From assembly GCF_001194135.2 (NCBI RefSeq), contig NC_069001.1:33370278-33434277 (forward strand): a stretch of DNA of 64,000 nucleotides. Reading direction: 5' to 3'. This document shows, piece by piece, positions 52,801 to 63,219 of this stretch (positions within the stretch are counted from its first letter, which is position 1; each line of letters starts with the position of its first letter). The notes under the pieces are model-generated. The model saw nothing but the letters and a program-made list of their open reading frames with translations, was not told the origin of the DNA and ran no database searches. The position numbers were made by a program, and so were the translations under genes. The stretch is from Octopus bimaculoides. Lineage: Eukaryota.

Positions 52801-54327
52801 ATGATGATGATGATGATACCTTTACTAATTTATGGTTAAGTGGCTCATATTAAGAAACATGCAGATGTGTTGTTTGTCTCTATTGAGACTTCTGTTGTAG
52901 TTACTACAATTGCTGATGCTCTTCTGACTAACCAGCAGTAAACCCCCTCCACTGAAGTCTACTTTACTTTCCTTCTGTCACCCTTACTGTATCTCAATTC
53001 TCATATCCTATACGAAGCACTTCAGCCAATCTTTCCTCCCTCATTTTATCTACATACATTGACTGGACATCAACATCAAACTCACCAATCTGGAACCAAC
53101 AATATGACAATACCTTAAATAACAACTACAACTATGAAATGATACACATTTGTTTGACCATCCTAAAAACTCTCTCTCTCTCTCTCTCATTATTATTATT
53201 ATTTCTGCTCCACAGGGCTATACAGTATTTGCCTGTGTGTGTCGTACAAAACCACACTGTAATGATGTTCATTCCTACTTAACATTTTTACCTGTAAGTA
53301 TTTCACTTTTTTACAAACAAAAATTTATTTCCCCTTTTGCTGTTTTTTTTAACTAAATGTTTCGGATTGGTGCATAATATTTCTCTTCATGGTCAAGTAA
53401 TTAAGAAGTTTGTTTAACAACCTTGTAATTCTGGGTTCAGTCTTACTCCATGACTAACACTTAGCTTTTGGGGGTCCACTCTATTAGCAACATTTGTTCA
53501 TGAAAGATATGATTTTCCCCTCCCAACAGCATAGGAAGCCTTGGCCATGGCGTCTTTCCCACTATCATTCTTTCTCAAACTGAGCTATAATTTTCTTTTA
53601 AGTGCATCAGCAATTTTCAAGTGCATGGGCATCTTGTATTGACAAGATATTTGACTAATAGTCTGCCAGGTGCCACTCTGGGACAAATGCTAGTGATTTT
53701 CAGCTGGGAGGATTTGAGCAAGCAGAAATGAAGTGCTTTGCCCAAGGATATGTTGCACCTCCTGGTTTACAACCATAGGATTGTGAGTTCGACTGGCTAA
53801 CTACTAGGCTGTTGCTCCTTATAAGTAGTAGCATACTAAAATTGAAACAAATTACTGAGTGACTGTTATGTGAGAGTGATATATGAGAAAGTCAGACATC
53901 CCCAATTAATGTGCTGTGACACTTGCCTGCTATAAACAGTCCCTAGATGTGCCACATATTTATAAAGATAGTTGGAAAATGTCAGGATATGTAGGAAGCT
54001 TTTGTGTTTTGGATGCACTGCAATCAGTGCAAGTGTATTCTTTTACAGCAAAGTGCAATCTGTCCTCTGAACTCTGTTTTAAAATGCTTTTAATGTACAA
54101 GGGGTGCTGAAAAGTTCCTAGCTTTGGGTAAAAGAAAGTACAGGAGAATCAGTTAATTATGATTTTACATGACATATTCCCCTCTCAGATTTACACACTT
54201 ATTGCAGTGGTTCTTCAGTGTTTCTAAGCCCTGTAAAAGAACTCAGAAGGTTGGGCCTCCAACCAGGCCTTTCGTAATACTCTTAAAGGCAGGAATTTTT
54301 CAGCACCCCCCTCGCATGTGTGTGTAT

Positions 54328-54361
<34 letters not shown>

Positions 54362-55349
54362 CAAAACAAGACATAAAAATCTACCATAACACTTTCAGGG
54401 CCTTGTTCAGTGCACTGTAGATAGAAAGAAACAAAAAGGTTTAACATCACTGTTCTAAGCATGACAAAATATCCTTGATATTTGATAAAATTAAAATTAT
54501 CTCTGCAAATCAATTTTCTCTAGAAGAAAATAAATTGATAACTATTATAGTCAAAGGAAACTCATAAAGATTTTTGTTGATACCAAAAAGACAAAAAACT
54601 CGGCAAAGGAAAATTATAAATAGCATAAATTTTCCTGGCCAGAGGAAAGGTGAATTCTGATGTTTAAGGTAGGATTTTTCTTTGAAGAAACGAGAAGTGT
54701 TTAATGGCTGTAAAGGAAATTGTAAGATTGTTAGAGACAAATATCTGGAGGGTGTATTATTAGGTATGAAGTAGGTGACAGAAGGTCATGGACCAGAGTA
54801 ATAAAGAAGAACAGTTTTGGAGTTTGGTGCTCAAGGATCTTCACTTTTTTCTTTTCCTTGCTTTTTTTCTTCTCTTTTTTTTCTAAAGTTAATGTTCCAA
54901 AAAGGATCTTTTGTTTTACCTTAGAACTTTAAAACTTTTACATATACACCCCACCAAAAAAATATATGTACATGGAAATATGTATCCAACCATAAAGACT
55001 GTACCAAACAGATGTTGGAGCATGGCATGATGCAGCCCTTGGGCTAACAGATCCTATCAAATCATTCATCTTATGCCAGCATGGAACATGTATGTGAAAT
55101 GATGATTATGATGCTGATGATGATAAAATAAAAATTAAAGATTGGAATTTGTGATATTATTTTTATTTCATAGTTGTCAATTGTTTCAACAATCCCATGG
55201 TAACTAATCTTGTGTTTTGTTTATAAACATGCCTGTTGTTAATAACTGAGTCATATATTACTATGTAATGTATTTACATAGTCATCCATAGAATTGTCCT
55301 GTCAAATAAATACGGAGATTATCTTACCCAAACTGACCTACTACTACTA

Positions 55350-55384
<35 letters not shown>

Positions 55385-57183
55385 ACTACTACTACTAGGA
55401 GTTATTAGGATTGTGTAGAATATTATTTTTAGTTGATTCCAACTGTGTACCAGCAGCCAATAAGCATTATTTTTTTTAAAATTCCAACTGTGTATTCCCA
55501 ACCAATAAGTATTGGTTTCTATGTACCTCACCATTACCTGTCACCATTGTGTTGTTGAGCCAATAAGGATGCCTTCCTATGGTCACTTGACCTAGCAGAA
55601 ATAACAAGCAAATCTTGCTCAAATCACACCAGACCATGTTAGAAAGGACATATTGGTATGAACATCACAACTTTGCCCCCCCCCCCCCAAAGCTTTTAAG
55701 CTTCATGTTGACCAGGAGGATCAAGTTAGGGCGGTAGGTGAAGAGGAGACCAGTTTTCCAAGTCATGGCAACTGTGTGAACGAAGTTCTATGCTCTATCA
55801 AATATGACTAATTAATTAGTTTGCTGTATTTGATTTTATTCCTAACATTCTTAACTGATTACTGAGATATATATATATATGTATATATATTTGTTTTTTT
55901 TTTCCAGATTATTTCTTATATCATACTAAGGAATGTCCCAGGCTGGCTTCGGACAAAATACAGTACATTTTTTGCTTGGTTTGGGAAAATATCACTAGAG
56001 GTCAGTAATAGTTAATTAGTCTTTTTTTTATTCTTATTCATAAAATGTGCATCACATATGAACCCTTGGAGAATGAGAGAGCCTCTGTGGTTTACTAGAA
56101 ACAGTAGTGAAATCACCTTCAAATCACACTCTACCATCATAAAAAATGTATCCCAGTGGGGCATACAGGATAATGTAGTCCAAGATATAGTAGATTTGAA
56201 AATAAATCAGGACTGCCACAGTTGGAATGTCTTTGATTATAGGTCTGCTCAGTCAAGACTGACTTTGGATCTAAACAACAACAACTATGGAGAAGGAATG
56301 AATCTTGTTGTTTGGAAAAGGAGTTAAAGGTGATGTGTGAAAAATGTTCCTTTGTTGCGTGTAGAAAGTGCTTGGGCCAAGAGAAATGAAGATACATGCA
56401 CAGGCATGGTTGTGTGGTTAAGCAGCTTGCTTTGTAACCATGTGGCTTTCAGTTCAATCTCACTGTGCAACACCTTAAGCAAGTGTTTTCTATTTTAGCC
56501 TTAGTCTTACCAATGCCTTGTGAGTGAATTTGTCAAACAGAAACTGCATGGAAGCCTGTCATAATTTATATTTATGTCTGTGTTTGACGCTAACTGTCTG
56601 ACAACCTGTGTTGGTTTGTTTATGTCTTTGTGACTTCACAGTTTGGTAAAAGTGTCTGATTGAATAAATATCAGACTTCAAAAAATAAGTGCTGGGTTCA
56701 ATTTGTTTGATGAAATCCTTCAATACAGGGCCCCAGCATTGTTGCAGTCCAGTGACTGAAACAAGTAAAAAATAAGGGAAAATATACTCTATCAAAAGAA
56801 CAAGTTTCTCTCATTTGCTGTTCATCAACTGCTTGATATATCATTAATAATATTTCATTTTCTCTTTATCAAATTTTTCATTATCTAATTTTTTTATTTC
56901 TCTATTTTTGTTTCCTTATTTCCAGTTATTCATTGCTCAGTATCACATCTGGTTGGCATCGGATACTCATGGTATTTTGGTGCTAGTTCCTGGTTACCCA
57001 GTTCTCAATGTGGTTATCACTTCATACATTCTCGTCTGCATCTGCCATGAAATTCATTGTATTACCACAGGGCTGGTGAAGTATGCAGTGCCCAGTGACT
57101 GGAAATTGTTACTACGGAATATCGTTCTCTTTGTGGCCATTCTGCTACCAGTCTCAATTAAAGAAGGGGCTCTTGTGTTGTGA
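3020..57183 (+). CDS. CASD1: CASD1 / sialate O-acetyltransferase, 5'-partial multi-exon CDS (20 exons seen, 2264 nt)
   Basis: All 19 intron phases are compatible and all introns are GT-AG. The spliced protein runs [14 protein letters not shown]...[12 protein letters not shown]...DGLH...[10 protein letters not shown]...YMHIRVLV...FRLN...YQFYYFVPL...[10 protein letters not shown]...[21 protein letters not shown]...stop, the recognised CASD1 motif series (SGNH-like lumenal domain plus multi-TM Cas1_AcylT domain). Confidence 0.97.
4028..4420 (+). mobile_element. SINE family A (ggtaagaagcttgc...gatttggtagatggaaactgaaagaagcc...gaaacaagtaaaaga)
   Basis: Multi-copy in the window: + copies about 24180, 26255, 42285, 46208, 47782, 56398; - copies about 14125-14510, 35490-35645, 41515-41955, 48372-48525, 60590-60700, 62110-62200. 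Confidence 0.85.
4441..4720 (+). mobile_element. tRNA-derived SINE (head H2 'gtactcatgattg', tail T1-like)
   Basis: Pol III A/B-box-like head, body ttgagcaaaacacttcatttcacattgctccagtc, poly-A tail; related copies about 40505-40740 (+), 29270-29465 (-), 53650-53820 (-). Confidence 0.75.
5395..5750 (-). mobile_element. Family C short retroelement with (GAT)n tail (RTE-like 3' end)
   Basis: catcatcatcgtttaatgtcc...ccatgctag...ctggatgcctttcctaacaccaaccac; further copies about 3370, 7040, 17095, 38306, 45800, 51200, 52660, 55020, 61890. Confidence 0.8.
7290..7460 (+). mobile_element. RTE LINE 3' ORF remnant
   Basis: Translates [30 protein letters not shown], resembling the RTE C-terminal RGRP..TW...VE.D...GL..EDA.....W motif. 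Confidence 0.7.
11600..12460 (+). pseudogene. Decayed hAT (Buster/Charlie, ZBED5/SCAND3-like) transposase
   Basis: Ordered motifs with stops and frameshifts: [21 protein letters not shown] (BED-finger end), [42 protein letters not shown]. Confidence 0.8.
13635..13698 (+). repeat. 30-bp tandem duplication within a decayed element
   Basis: tgcaaaataggggttcatct(a/g)aggtgag(a/g)g x2, 28/30 identical. Confidence 0.85.
15003..15345 (+). repeat. Compound (CT)n / pyrimidine-rich tract with ctctctctcttgctctca subrepeats, followed by (AC)n
   Basis: Seen directly. Confidence 0.9.
17244..17503 (+). repeat. 26-bp minisatellite x10 inside a family C element
   Basis: Exact 26-nt period, consensus ggtgctttttatgtggcaccagcatg; reverse-oriented copy with about 5 units at 7051-7180. 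Confidence 0.9.
17746..17822 (+). repeat. Perfect 32-bp tandem repeat x2.4
   Basis: gagagagagaaagacaaattgagacagagtgt. Confidence 0.9.
19393..19452 (+). repeat. (ATT)n microsatellite followed by a family B SINE head
   Basis: Seen directly; similar (ATT)n tracts at 36337-36384, 37783-37808, 38272-38305. Confidence 0.9.
19640..19940 (-). mobile_element. CpG-rich segment, probably a Penelope-like element terminal-repeat (pLTR) fragment carrying a hammerhead-like motif
   Basis: 20 CpG in 19641-19960 versus 4 in 18961-19560. The minus strand reads ..CGACGA-A-GAGC-TCC-GCTC-GAAAC-GTC.., the layout typical of Penelope terminal repeats. The family call rests on recalled resemblance, not a search. Confidence 0.55.
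19976..20094 (+). repeat. About 38-40-bp minisatellite x3 (taataatacgtgtgtgtacgtatgtat(gt)n)
   Basis: Seen directly. Confidence 0.85.
20270..20463 (+). mobile_element. RTE LINE 3' end remnant with (GAT)n tail
   Basis: Frame [40 protein letters not shown] then ggatgatgatgac; resembles RTE C-termini. Confidence 0.65.
20541..20800. mobile_element. MITE with long imperfect inverted arms (Tc1/mariner-like)
   Basis: 20567-20632 versus reverse complement of 20720-20786, about 80% identical. Confidence 0.65.
22434..22631. repeat. Near-perfect inverted repeat, 91-bp arms, 16-nt spacer, between (TA)n tracts
   Basis: Arms 22434-22524 / 22541-22631; the single non-WC pair is G22494:T22571. Confidence 0.97.
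23896..24082 (+). CDS. CASD1: CASD1 exon: [28 protein letters not shown]...ISARV (catalytic Ser)
   Basis: tccag acceptor, gtgagt donor; 187 nt; GDS motif. Confidence 0.96.
24508..24618 (+). CDS. CASD1: CASD1 exon: [11 protein letters not shown]...[10 protein letters not shown]
   Basis: ttgcag / gtgagt; 111 nt, phase 0-0. Confidence 0.95.
25887..25938 (+). CDS. CASD1: CASD1 exon: [17 protein letters not shown]
   Basis: tttcag / gttagt; 52 nt. Confidence 0.92.
27182..27253 (+). CDS. CASD1: CASD1 exon: [24 protein letters not shown]
   Basis: ttttag / gtaaag; 72 nt. Confidence 0.92.
27500..27695 (+). mobile_element. Family D repeat (ctctatgtggtcacttgacctgctagaaatagcagccaaat...ctaaacaacaacaac)
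   Basis: (AAC)n-tailed; copies about 14600, 21960, 26920, 31090 and 31300 (tandem), 41320, 55570, 56150, 59680, 62700. Confidence 0.7.
27752..27842 (+). CDS. CASD1: CASD1 exon: [31 protein letters not shown]
   Basis: tctcag / gtgagt; 91 nt. Confidence 0.94.
28022..28097 (+). repeat. 38-bp tandem duplication
   Basis: tacag(a)(g/a)aagagggcagggtaccgaacaatgcc(c/t)ttag x2, 36/38 identical. Confidence 0.9.
28587..28692 (+). CDS. CASD1: CASD1 exon: [13 protein letters not shown]...[15 protein letters not shown] (catalytic Asp/His)
   Basis: cttcag / gtaagg; 106 nt; DxxH motif. Confidence 0.95.
29765..29889 (+). CDS. CASD1: CASD1 exon: [41 protein letters not shown]
   Basis: gtacag / gtaatg; 125 nt; N.YCN...DG.CC motif. 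Confidence 0.94.
30767..30840 (+). CDS. CASD1: CASD1 exon: [24 protein letters not shown]
   Basis: tttcag / gtgagt; 74 nt; TM end plus basic stop-transfer segment; phases fit both neighbours. Confidence 0.88.
31822..32068. mobile_element. Fold-back (hairpin) element
   Basis: Inner stem 31924-31949 / 31957-31982 with a 7-nt loop; outer arms gtatct..tgatgtaaa / tttacatca..agatac. Confidence 0.7.
32378..32498 (+). CDS. CASD1: CASD1 exon: ENGPRNG...[18 protein letters not shown]
   Basis: poly-T-ag / gtaaca; 121 nt; KLG.IM.YFY.CDR motif. Confidence 0.93.
32882..32990 (+). CDS. CASD1: CASD1 exon: [36 protein letters not shown]
   Basis: tttcag / gtaaga; 109 nt. Confidence 0.96.
33716..33805 (+). 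CDS. CASD1: CASD1 exon: [30 protein letters not shown]
   Basis: ttgcag / gtaagt; 90 nt; [10 protein letters not shown] signature. Confidence 0.97.
33907..34294 (+). mobile_element. tRNA-derived SINE (head H1, tail T2), young
   Basis: Perfect 11-bp TSD agcattgatca (33896-33906 / 34295-34305); (AAC)n tail; CpG retained. Confidence 0.92.
35279..35398 (+). CDS. CASD1: CASD1 exon: [40 protein letters not shown]
   Basis: ctctag / gtagga; 120 nt. Confidence 0.97.
35938..36180 (+). mobile_element. tRNA-derived SINE (head H2, tail T2, 3'-truncated)
   Basis: Head matches 4441/40505; from cctgtaattcaaagggtcagtcttg onward it matches the tail of 33907. Confidence 0.8.
36190..38280 (+). mobile_element. 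Cluster of six co-oriented family B SINEs (ggtggcgagctggcagaatcgttagc...gtcgactttgcctttcatcctttcggggtcgataaa...gaaagg(att)n)
   Basis: Copies about 36190 (3' part), 36385, 36758, 37625, 37812, 38056, most preceded by (ATT)n. Confidence 0.88.
38508..38651. mobile_element. hAT-type MITE
   Basis: Ends caggtatgggcaacct / aagttgctcatgtctg; TSD atctaaga / atctaagg; related copies about 12478-12625 and 58725-58865 (nested in a SINE). Confidence 0.8.
42840..43067. mobile_element. MITE with about 50-bp imperfect inverted arms (aaaaacagttattc subrepeat)
   Basis: 42840-42890 versus reverse complement of 43017-43067; appears to interrupt the 24-bp minisatellite. Confidence 0.6.
43103..43625 (+). repeat. 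Degenerate 24-bp minisatellite (consensus about tcccacaagcattgtgtgatggtg)
   Basis: About 20 units; 12 consecutive units are in indel-free register within ORF 43302-43625. Confidence 0.85.
46827..47102 (+). repeat. Six copies of a ~27-nt core (gtgagtgacaggttaagaattaagctg) separated by GT-rich linkers
   Basis: Starts at 46827, 46874, 46921, 46983, 47021, 47074. Confidence 0.85.
47210..47428. mobile_element. piggyBac-like MITE
   Basis: TTAA at 47206-47209 and 47429-47432; TIR ccctttt g(t/a)tacc / ggtatcaaaaggg. A second TTAA-CCCTT family occurs at about 47565 and 62962. Confidence 0.8.
48891..49047 (+). CDS. CASD1: CASD1 exon: [32 protein letters not shown]...KLTVE
   Basis: ttacag / gtacgt; 157 nt. 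Confidence 0.97.
49721..49797 (+). CDS. CASD1: CASD1 exon: [26 protein letters not shown]
   Basis: ttgtag / gtaagt; 77 nt; phase fits. Confidence 0.9.
50190..50575 (+). mobile_element. Decayed RTE LINE reverse-transcriptase C-terminal remnant
   Basis: [42 protein letters not shown] and (R)[19 protein letters not shown] pieces resemble RTE TKGLS...RLY...L.GSETW...LER...LRWYGH. Confidence 0.55.
50905..51009 (+). CDS. CASD1: CASD1 exon: [16 protein letters not shown]...[12 protein letters not shown]
   Basis: poly-T-gcag / gtaagt; 105 nt; EW.FRW.LDRY motif. Confidence 0.96.
52194..52334 (+). CDS. CASD1: CASD1 exon: [13 protein letters not shown]...FSILGIT
   Basis: tttcag / gtaagt; 141 nt. Confidence 0.94.
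53216..53293 (+). CDS. CASD1: CASD1 exon: [26 protein letters not shown]
   Basis: ccacag / gtaagt; 78 nt; C..K..CN..H motif. Confidence 0.94.
54098..54314. mobile_element. Mariner-like MITE
   Basis: TA-caaggggtgctgaaaagttcct ... aggaatttttcagcaccccctcg; right TA degraded to CA. Confidence 0.8.
55337..55378 (+). repeat. Compound (TAC)n(TGC)n(TAC)n microsatellite
   Basis: Seen directly. Confidence 0.9.
55908..56000 (+). CDS. CASD1: CASD1 exon: [31 protein letters not shown]
   Basis: ttccag / gtcagt; 93 nt. Confidence 0.96.
56926..57183 (+). CDS. CASD1: CASD1 last coding exon: [25 protein letters not shown]...GALVL*
   Basis: ttccag acceptor; 258 nt including TGA. Confidence 0.96.
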   Translation, partial: LFIAQYHIWLASDTHGILVLVPGYPVLNVVITSYILVCICHEIHCITTGLVKYAVPSDWKLLLRNIVLFVAILLPVSIKEGALVL

Positions 57184-60100
57184 TTCTATATGGTAAAGGA
57201 GCTTATATTGAGCACATCTGTGATGTTGATATTACCAACAGTTTCTCTATGGAGTACAAAACTACAGAGAGAGATGGAAAGAGAAGAAAACAAACCTGGG
57301 TGAAACTCTTGCACAGATACCTGTGTACTTGTGTGAGTGCATAACTCTAATTGTATGTCTGAGGACGTACTTGTTTTTTTGTAAATGTATGTGTATGCGT
57401 GTGTTGGTTGAGCATGAAAGCAGAAATATCTGCTGGCATTTGTATTGCTGGTCACATGAGGTGTGTTCCTCCTACCCAGTGACCAATTTCGGACAAACCC
57501 ACAATCAATTCACTTTCCTCAGAGTCTAGGTTAATTGGCAGAAAGTCATCGAAACTTGGTCTATTTATTTGTGTACAGACTCTTTGTGAACATATTTGAT
57601 ATGAATTTGTGCAGAACTGAAGTTTGCTGAAGTACTGAGAGAGAAAGCAGGAGAGGAAGAAAGAAAAAGAAAAAAGAAAAGAAAGAGAAAAAAAAAACTG
57701 GCGTTTAAACTAGGAGTATCTGCTACTTCCAAACAGACTAATTCAGTTTGAATGACACTAACCAGGTTTCAGCTTTGTTATATTTCTATGTAAAATAGAA
57801 ACTAGTCAAAGATTAATTTCAAAGTGGAAATCCATGATAATTGTTTTAAAAAAGATCAGACACCAAAAGAATGTTATTTATTTAAAATTTCTTTGCTTTT
57901 TTTCTTTCTTTGTCTGCATAATGCTCAGTTTTCATCAAAAGAACCTGCTATAAAAGAAAAAATAGAAATATCAGAAAAAAAAAAAAATGCAAATCTTTCC
58001 TGTAAAACCCATCATCCAGAACACCAGTCTGTGAACAAAAATCAAATTTTATGGTGTTGTTTGCAGCTAAACATTTATGGCAAGTTAAAGAAAGTTGATT
58101 TGAAGATTTAACGTGTTTTCATTTCTCAGCTTGGTACCAAACATTGCCGGCTGAGGAAAGATTCAGGATTACTGTATTATATTTCATATATTGAATAATG
58201 TTTGAGTTTTTTTTTTAATGAACTATGAGATATATGTATGTACACACACACTATAAAACATATTGAGTACTCTTTGTCTTTTCTTACAGAATGTGTGTGT
58301 GTGAATATATATATATATAAATATATATATATATAAAATGTGTATGTGTATATATATTTTCTTGTCTTTAAAATTTAGGTTTCTTTTTTAAGAGTCCCTG
58401 ATATTTTCTATCCAAAATATATTTTGCCAAAATCAAATAAGCTCGTTTAGAATGTTGTTAAAATTTATCAAATTTCTCCATAAGTCTTAATTATTTGCTG
58501 ATTTCTTGTAAAATTATTTCATCTAATCAAGAATGTAATATTTAAAAAAGTTATTGGATGGCAGAATTGGTAAAGTCCCAGACAAAAATAAGTTATGATA
58601 TTTAGTTACATCTCTTTATATGTGCTAAGTTCAAATTCCCTCAGGGTCGACTTTGCCTTCCATTTTTCCATTGTCAATAATATAAGTACTAATGAAGTAC
58701 TTGGAGTTGATGTTATTAACTATGCTAGACATAGTCAGCCTTCTTTGATTAGTGGGCTACATGGGACATGACACACCATCAGGTGGGCCACCTTACTAAA
58801 GCAAAAAATTCCAAGAAATTTTTTTGTTAGGCGTGTTATTTAGGAAGTCCTTTGCCCATGACTAGACTAAATCCTCCCACCATCACCACCACCATCACCA
58901 AATATGTGGCCTTGTGCCTCTGTAAGAGATTATTACTTAAAAGTAATTTGTTGAAGTTTCAAGTTAACTATTAGTTCAAGGAAATTTAGCATATTGTTAA
59001 AATGTTGGAAAAAAAAACATAAATAAGAATTATGGTCAACAGCTATAAATATCAGTCTTGAATGTACATTTGGCATTATTGAGAAATGGTGGTCTTCATG
59101 TCTTTTATAACATTTCTCCTGGAAAGATATCTCTTTTTACGTCTCACCTTTTTACATGTGAGATGTTAATAATTTATCTCCAGTAAAAATCTAACCCTTT
59201 ATTTTTATTTAAAAAAAATAAAAGAAGTTTCTCTATCACATATTTCCTTTTTCTGGTTGTATAACTCTTATTTTCTCTTGAGTATGGTTGTGAACTATCA
59301 TTCTCTGTCTCTCTCTGTTTCTATTACTNNNNNNNNNNNNNNNNNNNNNNNNNNNNNNNNNNNNNNATCTTTGTTAGATGTGATTATTGTTCTTTAATTC
59401 CTCCTTTTTTTTTTTTTTTTCTGTGGTGTAATCAGCAGTAAGAGGACAGTACTTGTGACAATCACTAACCCTCCACTTGATCAATCTGTATGGCAATGGA
59501 ATTCCAATAGATTGTCACACAGGGACAGAAGGAGTAGGTGTAGTATTAGTTAGTGTGGGGTGAGGTGCTTCGAGTAGGTTTACGTGTTAGTTTGAGAGAA
59601 ATATAGGAGGCTCTTGTTGCAATATTTCTTTTGAGATGTGGACATGATACATTTGTTCCGTGGAGATGTAGCATACATGTTATGTGGTCTCTTGATCTGT
59701 TAAAAATAGCAGCCAAATTCATCTCATATCACATCCTTTCATCTTGAAAGAAAGAAAAGACATACTGGATAATGTAGCCTGAGATAAACTTTCCAAACTA
59801 TGGAATGGTCATCACTAGAATATCTTTGGTCTTAGATCTACTTCATCAAGGTTGATCTGAGGTTACAAAAAAAGAAAAAAGAAAACAAAAAAAACAGTCA
59901 AACCTCTCCATTGCATCCATTTACAATTAGATAGTCTGTGGCAAGGAGTATTTTTTATCAGGGCCATATTACAACACCAGAAATAAGAGTTTGGATGAAG
60001 TCTGAGGATTCTTCATATTTGAACAACAGTGTTGTATTTAAGCAGTTATATCATCTGAAGGCTGTTGTAGAAATACTGACATTTGAATAATTTTATCATA

Positions 60101-61728
60101 AAAGAATATGTAATTTTTTTATGTTTTTACATGACATGTTTCTTATCCTTTTTTAAGTGGAAAATAATAATAATTTTTTTGGTCAGTGTATTGATAATTT
60201 AGGTGTTATAAGGTTAATGCAGCTTTGAAGACAATATTTAATCATGGTTTTTTTCCTTAAAAACTAAATGACTTCTCTCTCTCTCTCTGATAAAAAGTTC
60301 TGCCTAAAGCATTAGACTTCTGTTTCTTCCTCTTTCTCACTATAATCATTTTTAACAACCATTTTTTAATGACTTTCATAGCTCAAATGAAATTTCTCGA
60401 GGCAAATTTGATACATGGATGCTCTTCCTGTCACCAACCCTCACTTGTTTCCGGCACAATGGCTGGACATGTTTTCACAGGACATTGCAAATGAGCAACA
60501 TCCCTTGTATAGCATCGATGTTTGTTTACAGTTAGCGTGCTATCTCAAGACAAAGAGACCTGAACACACCTCCTTTTAGTCTCTATCTACCAAATCTCAT
60601 AAGCCTTTGGTCTATCCAGGGCTATAGTAGAGGTGCTGTGCAGTAGTACTGAACCCCAAGCCATGCAGTTGCAAAGCAAGCATCTTAAACCAGTCAGCCA
60701 TATCCTGCTGTTTAAATTATTTGTCTTTCTTTCTGCTGACACAAAATGTTACTACTTTCCCTTGGTTGCCTTGTTTCACCATTTAATAGTTATATAACCC
60801 TTTGACATTATATTTTATATAGTTCTTAACAATAAATAAATAAATAAATAAATAAAGAGAAAACTTCTTATCTGAGTAATTGTAATAAAATTTATGTTGA
60901 ACATTATGAACATGTTGAACATATATAAAAATGTGTTTTCCTTGCAAAACTGATTCTGATAAGAGAAAACATCTACAACTGATTTTCTGGTCTTATTTTA
61001 AAGACATATTGTTGTTTTTTATTTTATTTTAACTACCTAACTGCAAGGTCTCAGATTAAAATGGAGGAAATGAAATTGTGTAACATACGTGTTTTTCTAA
61101 AGAAAGCTGCAGTGTAATGGTAAAGACATGAGACCAACTAAAATTATGATATAACTGCACCCAACAGATGACACTTATTTCTCTCTTGCATATTTCTCAA
61201 AAATGTTCAAGATGAAGAATATGTAGTTGAGAAGTGAATGTAATTATTTCTTCATGTACAATACTGTAACATTGAAAATGTTATTTGAAATGTTTTAAAA
61301 TTCCACTGTTGAAAGCCAATCTTTAAAGAGTGGTCTATTTTTCTTTACAATTGTTGAACATTTTTTTTTTCATTGTTCCCTGACTAAAATGTAAACTCAA
61401 GTTCTACCCCAAAACAGTTTGGAACTGGAATTTATCATCGGATTTACCTATGAACTCCTGAGCTTTGCAAAATGAATAACTTTATTTGAAAATCAACAGT
61501 TATGAGATCTTTCTGTTTCAGATTTTTCGTAAAAAAAACTTGCTGAGAGTTTAGCTATAGATAATAGACAAATGTCCAGGAAAGAGAATATAATGTACAA
61601 AGTTAAATTTTATTCATATTACTTTTATGATTATAATAAAATTAAGATATTTTCCTTTCATATTTTTCTTTCTTCAATGCTTTTATTTTATTTTCATACA
61701 TTTGTGTGTATATTTTTTTTATTTCTCT

Positions 61729-61890
<162 letters not shown>

Positions 61891-63177
61891 CATCATTGTT
61901 TAACATCCACTTTTCCATGCTTGTATGGGATGGATGAAATTTGTTGAGGTTGTGATTTTCTACAGCTGGATGCCTTTCCTGTCACTAAGCCTTACCTATT
62001 TCTCTATGGCCAGACATATTGGAAATAAATGACACTGCTTGTATGACAATGACAATCATTTTACAAGTATCACATGATGTCAAGGCAAGAAGACTCAGGC
62101 ACACATACACATATGATAAGCTTCTTTCAGTTTCTGTATATCAAATCCACACACAAGGCTTTGGTTAGCCTGGAGCTAGAGTAGTAGACACAAAATGCTG
62201 CACAGACTTTTCTATTCTTGACTTAATTCTTAAGTAGAGTCAATGTGACACAATAGGTAACAATTCTAGACCTTTAAATTACAGGCAGAGTCCATTCAAT
62301 GGGCTTCTATATAGTCTTCATCTACACAATTTCACTCACAAGGCAGGGGTCAATGTAAAACTATAGAAAAAGACATCTATTGAAGATGCCCCACAGTGGA
62401 TTTGAACCTGGGATCTCATGATTGCAATGTGAACTTCTTAACCACTCACCCATTCCTGTGCTCTGTTTATATGTATGTGTACATATGTGTGTATAAGGAA
62501 ACTTAATTTTTTACATGAAACATATTCCTTATTTTGAATATAAGAATGGTAAATAATTTTCCTTTGGCAAATTGACAATTTAGGTTTTGCAGGATTAGCA
62601 AAAATTTCTTCACTTCTACTAAATCCATTTAAAAAGTACCTATTTAACAGCTTAGTGGACTGGATTAATTTACTAAAGTATACTGCTATCAATAAGGAAA
62701 ACCTCTATCTCATTGCTTAACTTGCTAGAAATAGCAACCAGATCCCCCTCAAATAAAACCTTATCATTCAAAAAAAAAAAAAAAAGGAAAATTTAGTTTG
62801 GATATATTAAAACACAGGATGGTCAAGTTTGGAACAACTTTGATCATTAGTCTGCTTCATCAATGTTAAATACTTTGGTGGACCAAGTCACTTACAAACT
62901 TTACTTCGACCTTCAAAATCTTGATTTCATCACTGAAATATGAAAACTTATGTAAAAATTCTTAACCCCTTAACATTTAAGCCAGTCATATCTGGCTCTG
63001 AAATTCTCTTTTATGTTCAAGCTAGCCAGATCCAGCCTCTCACACTTAACCTACAAAGTCGTTCCCAAAATAATCACATCGAAATCTTGAAGCTACAAGG
63101 TAAATGCATGATTAATTGAAAACAATGTGAATGCATAAGCATTAATTCACTTAAAATGTTTGAAGTAAAACTGCTTT

Positions 63178-63219
<42 letters not shown>

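Noticed and set aside
3020-57183. CRISPR association suggested by the name 'CAS1 domain'
   Set aside because: CASD1 is named after the Cryptococcus capsule-synthesis gene CAS1 and is unrelated to CRISPR Cas1; the DNA is intron-rich animal sequence.
60831-60857. AATAAA cluster as the CASD1 poly(A) site
   Set aside because: It is an (AAAT)n microsatellite 3.6 kb past the stop; the 3' end cannot be placed without transcript data.
63180-63216. T37 run as the poly(A) tail of a minus-strand retrocopy
   Set aside because: No polyadenylation signal at the expected distance, no TSD and no coding homology next to it.
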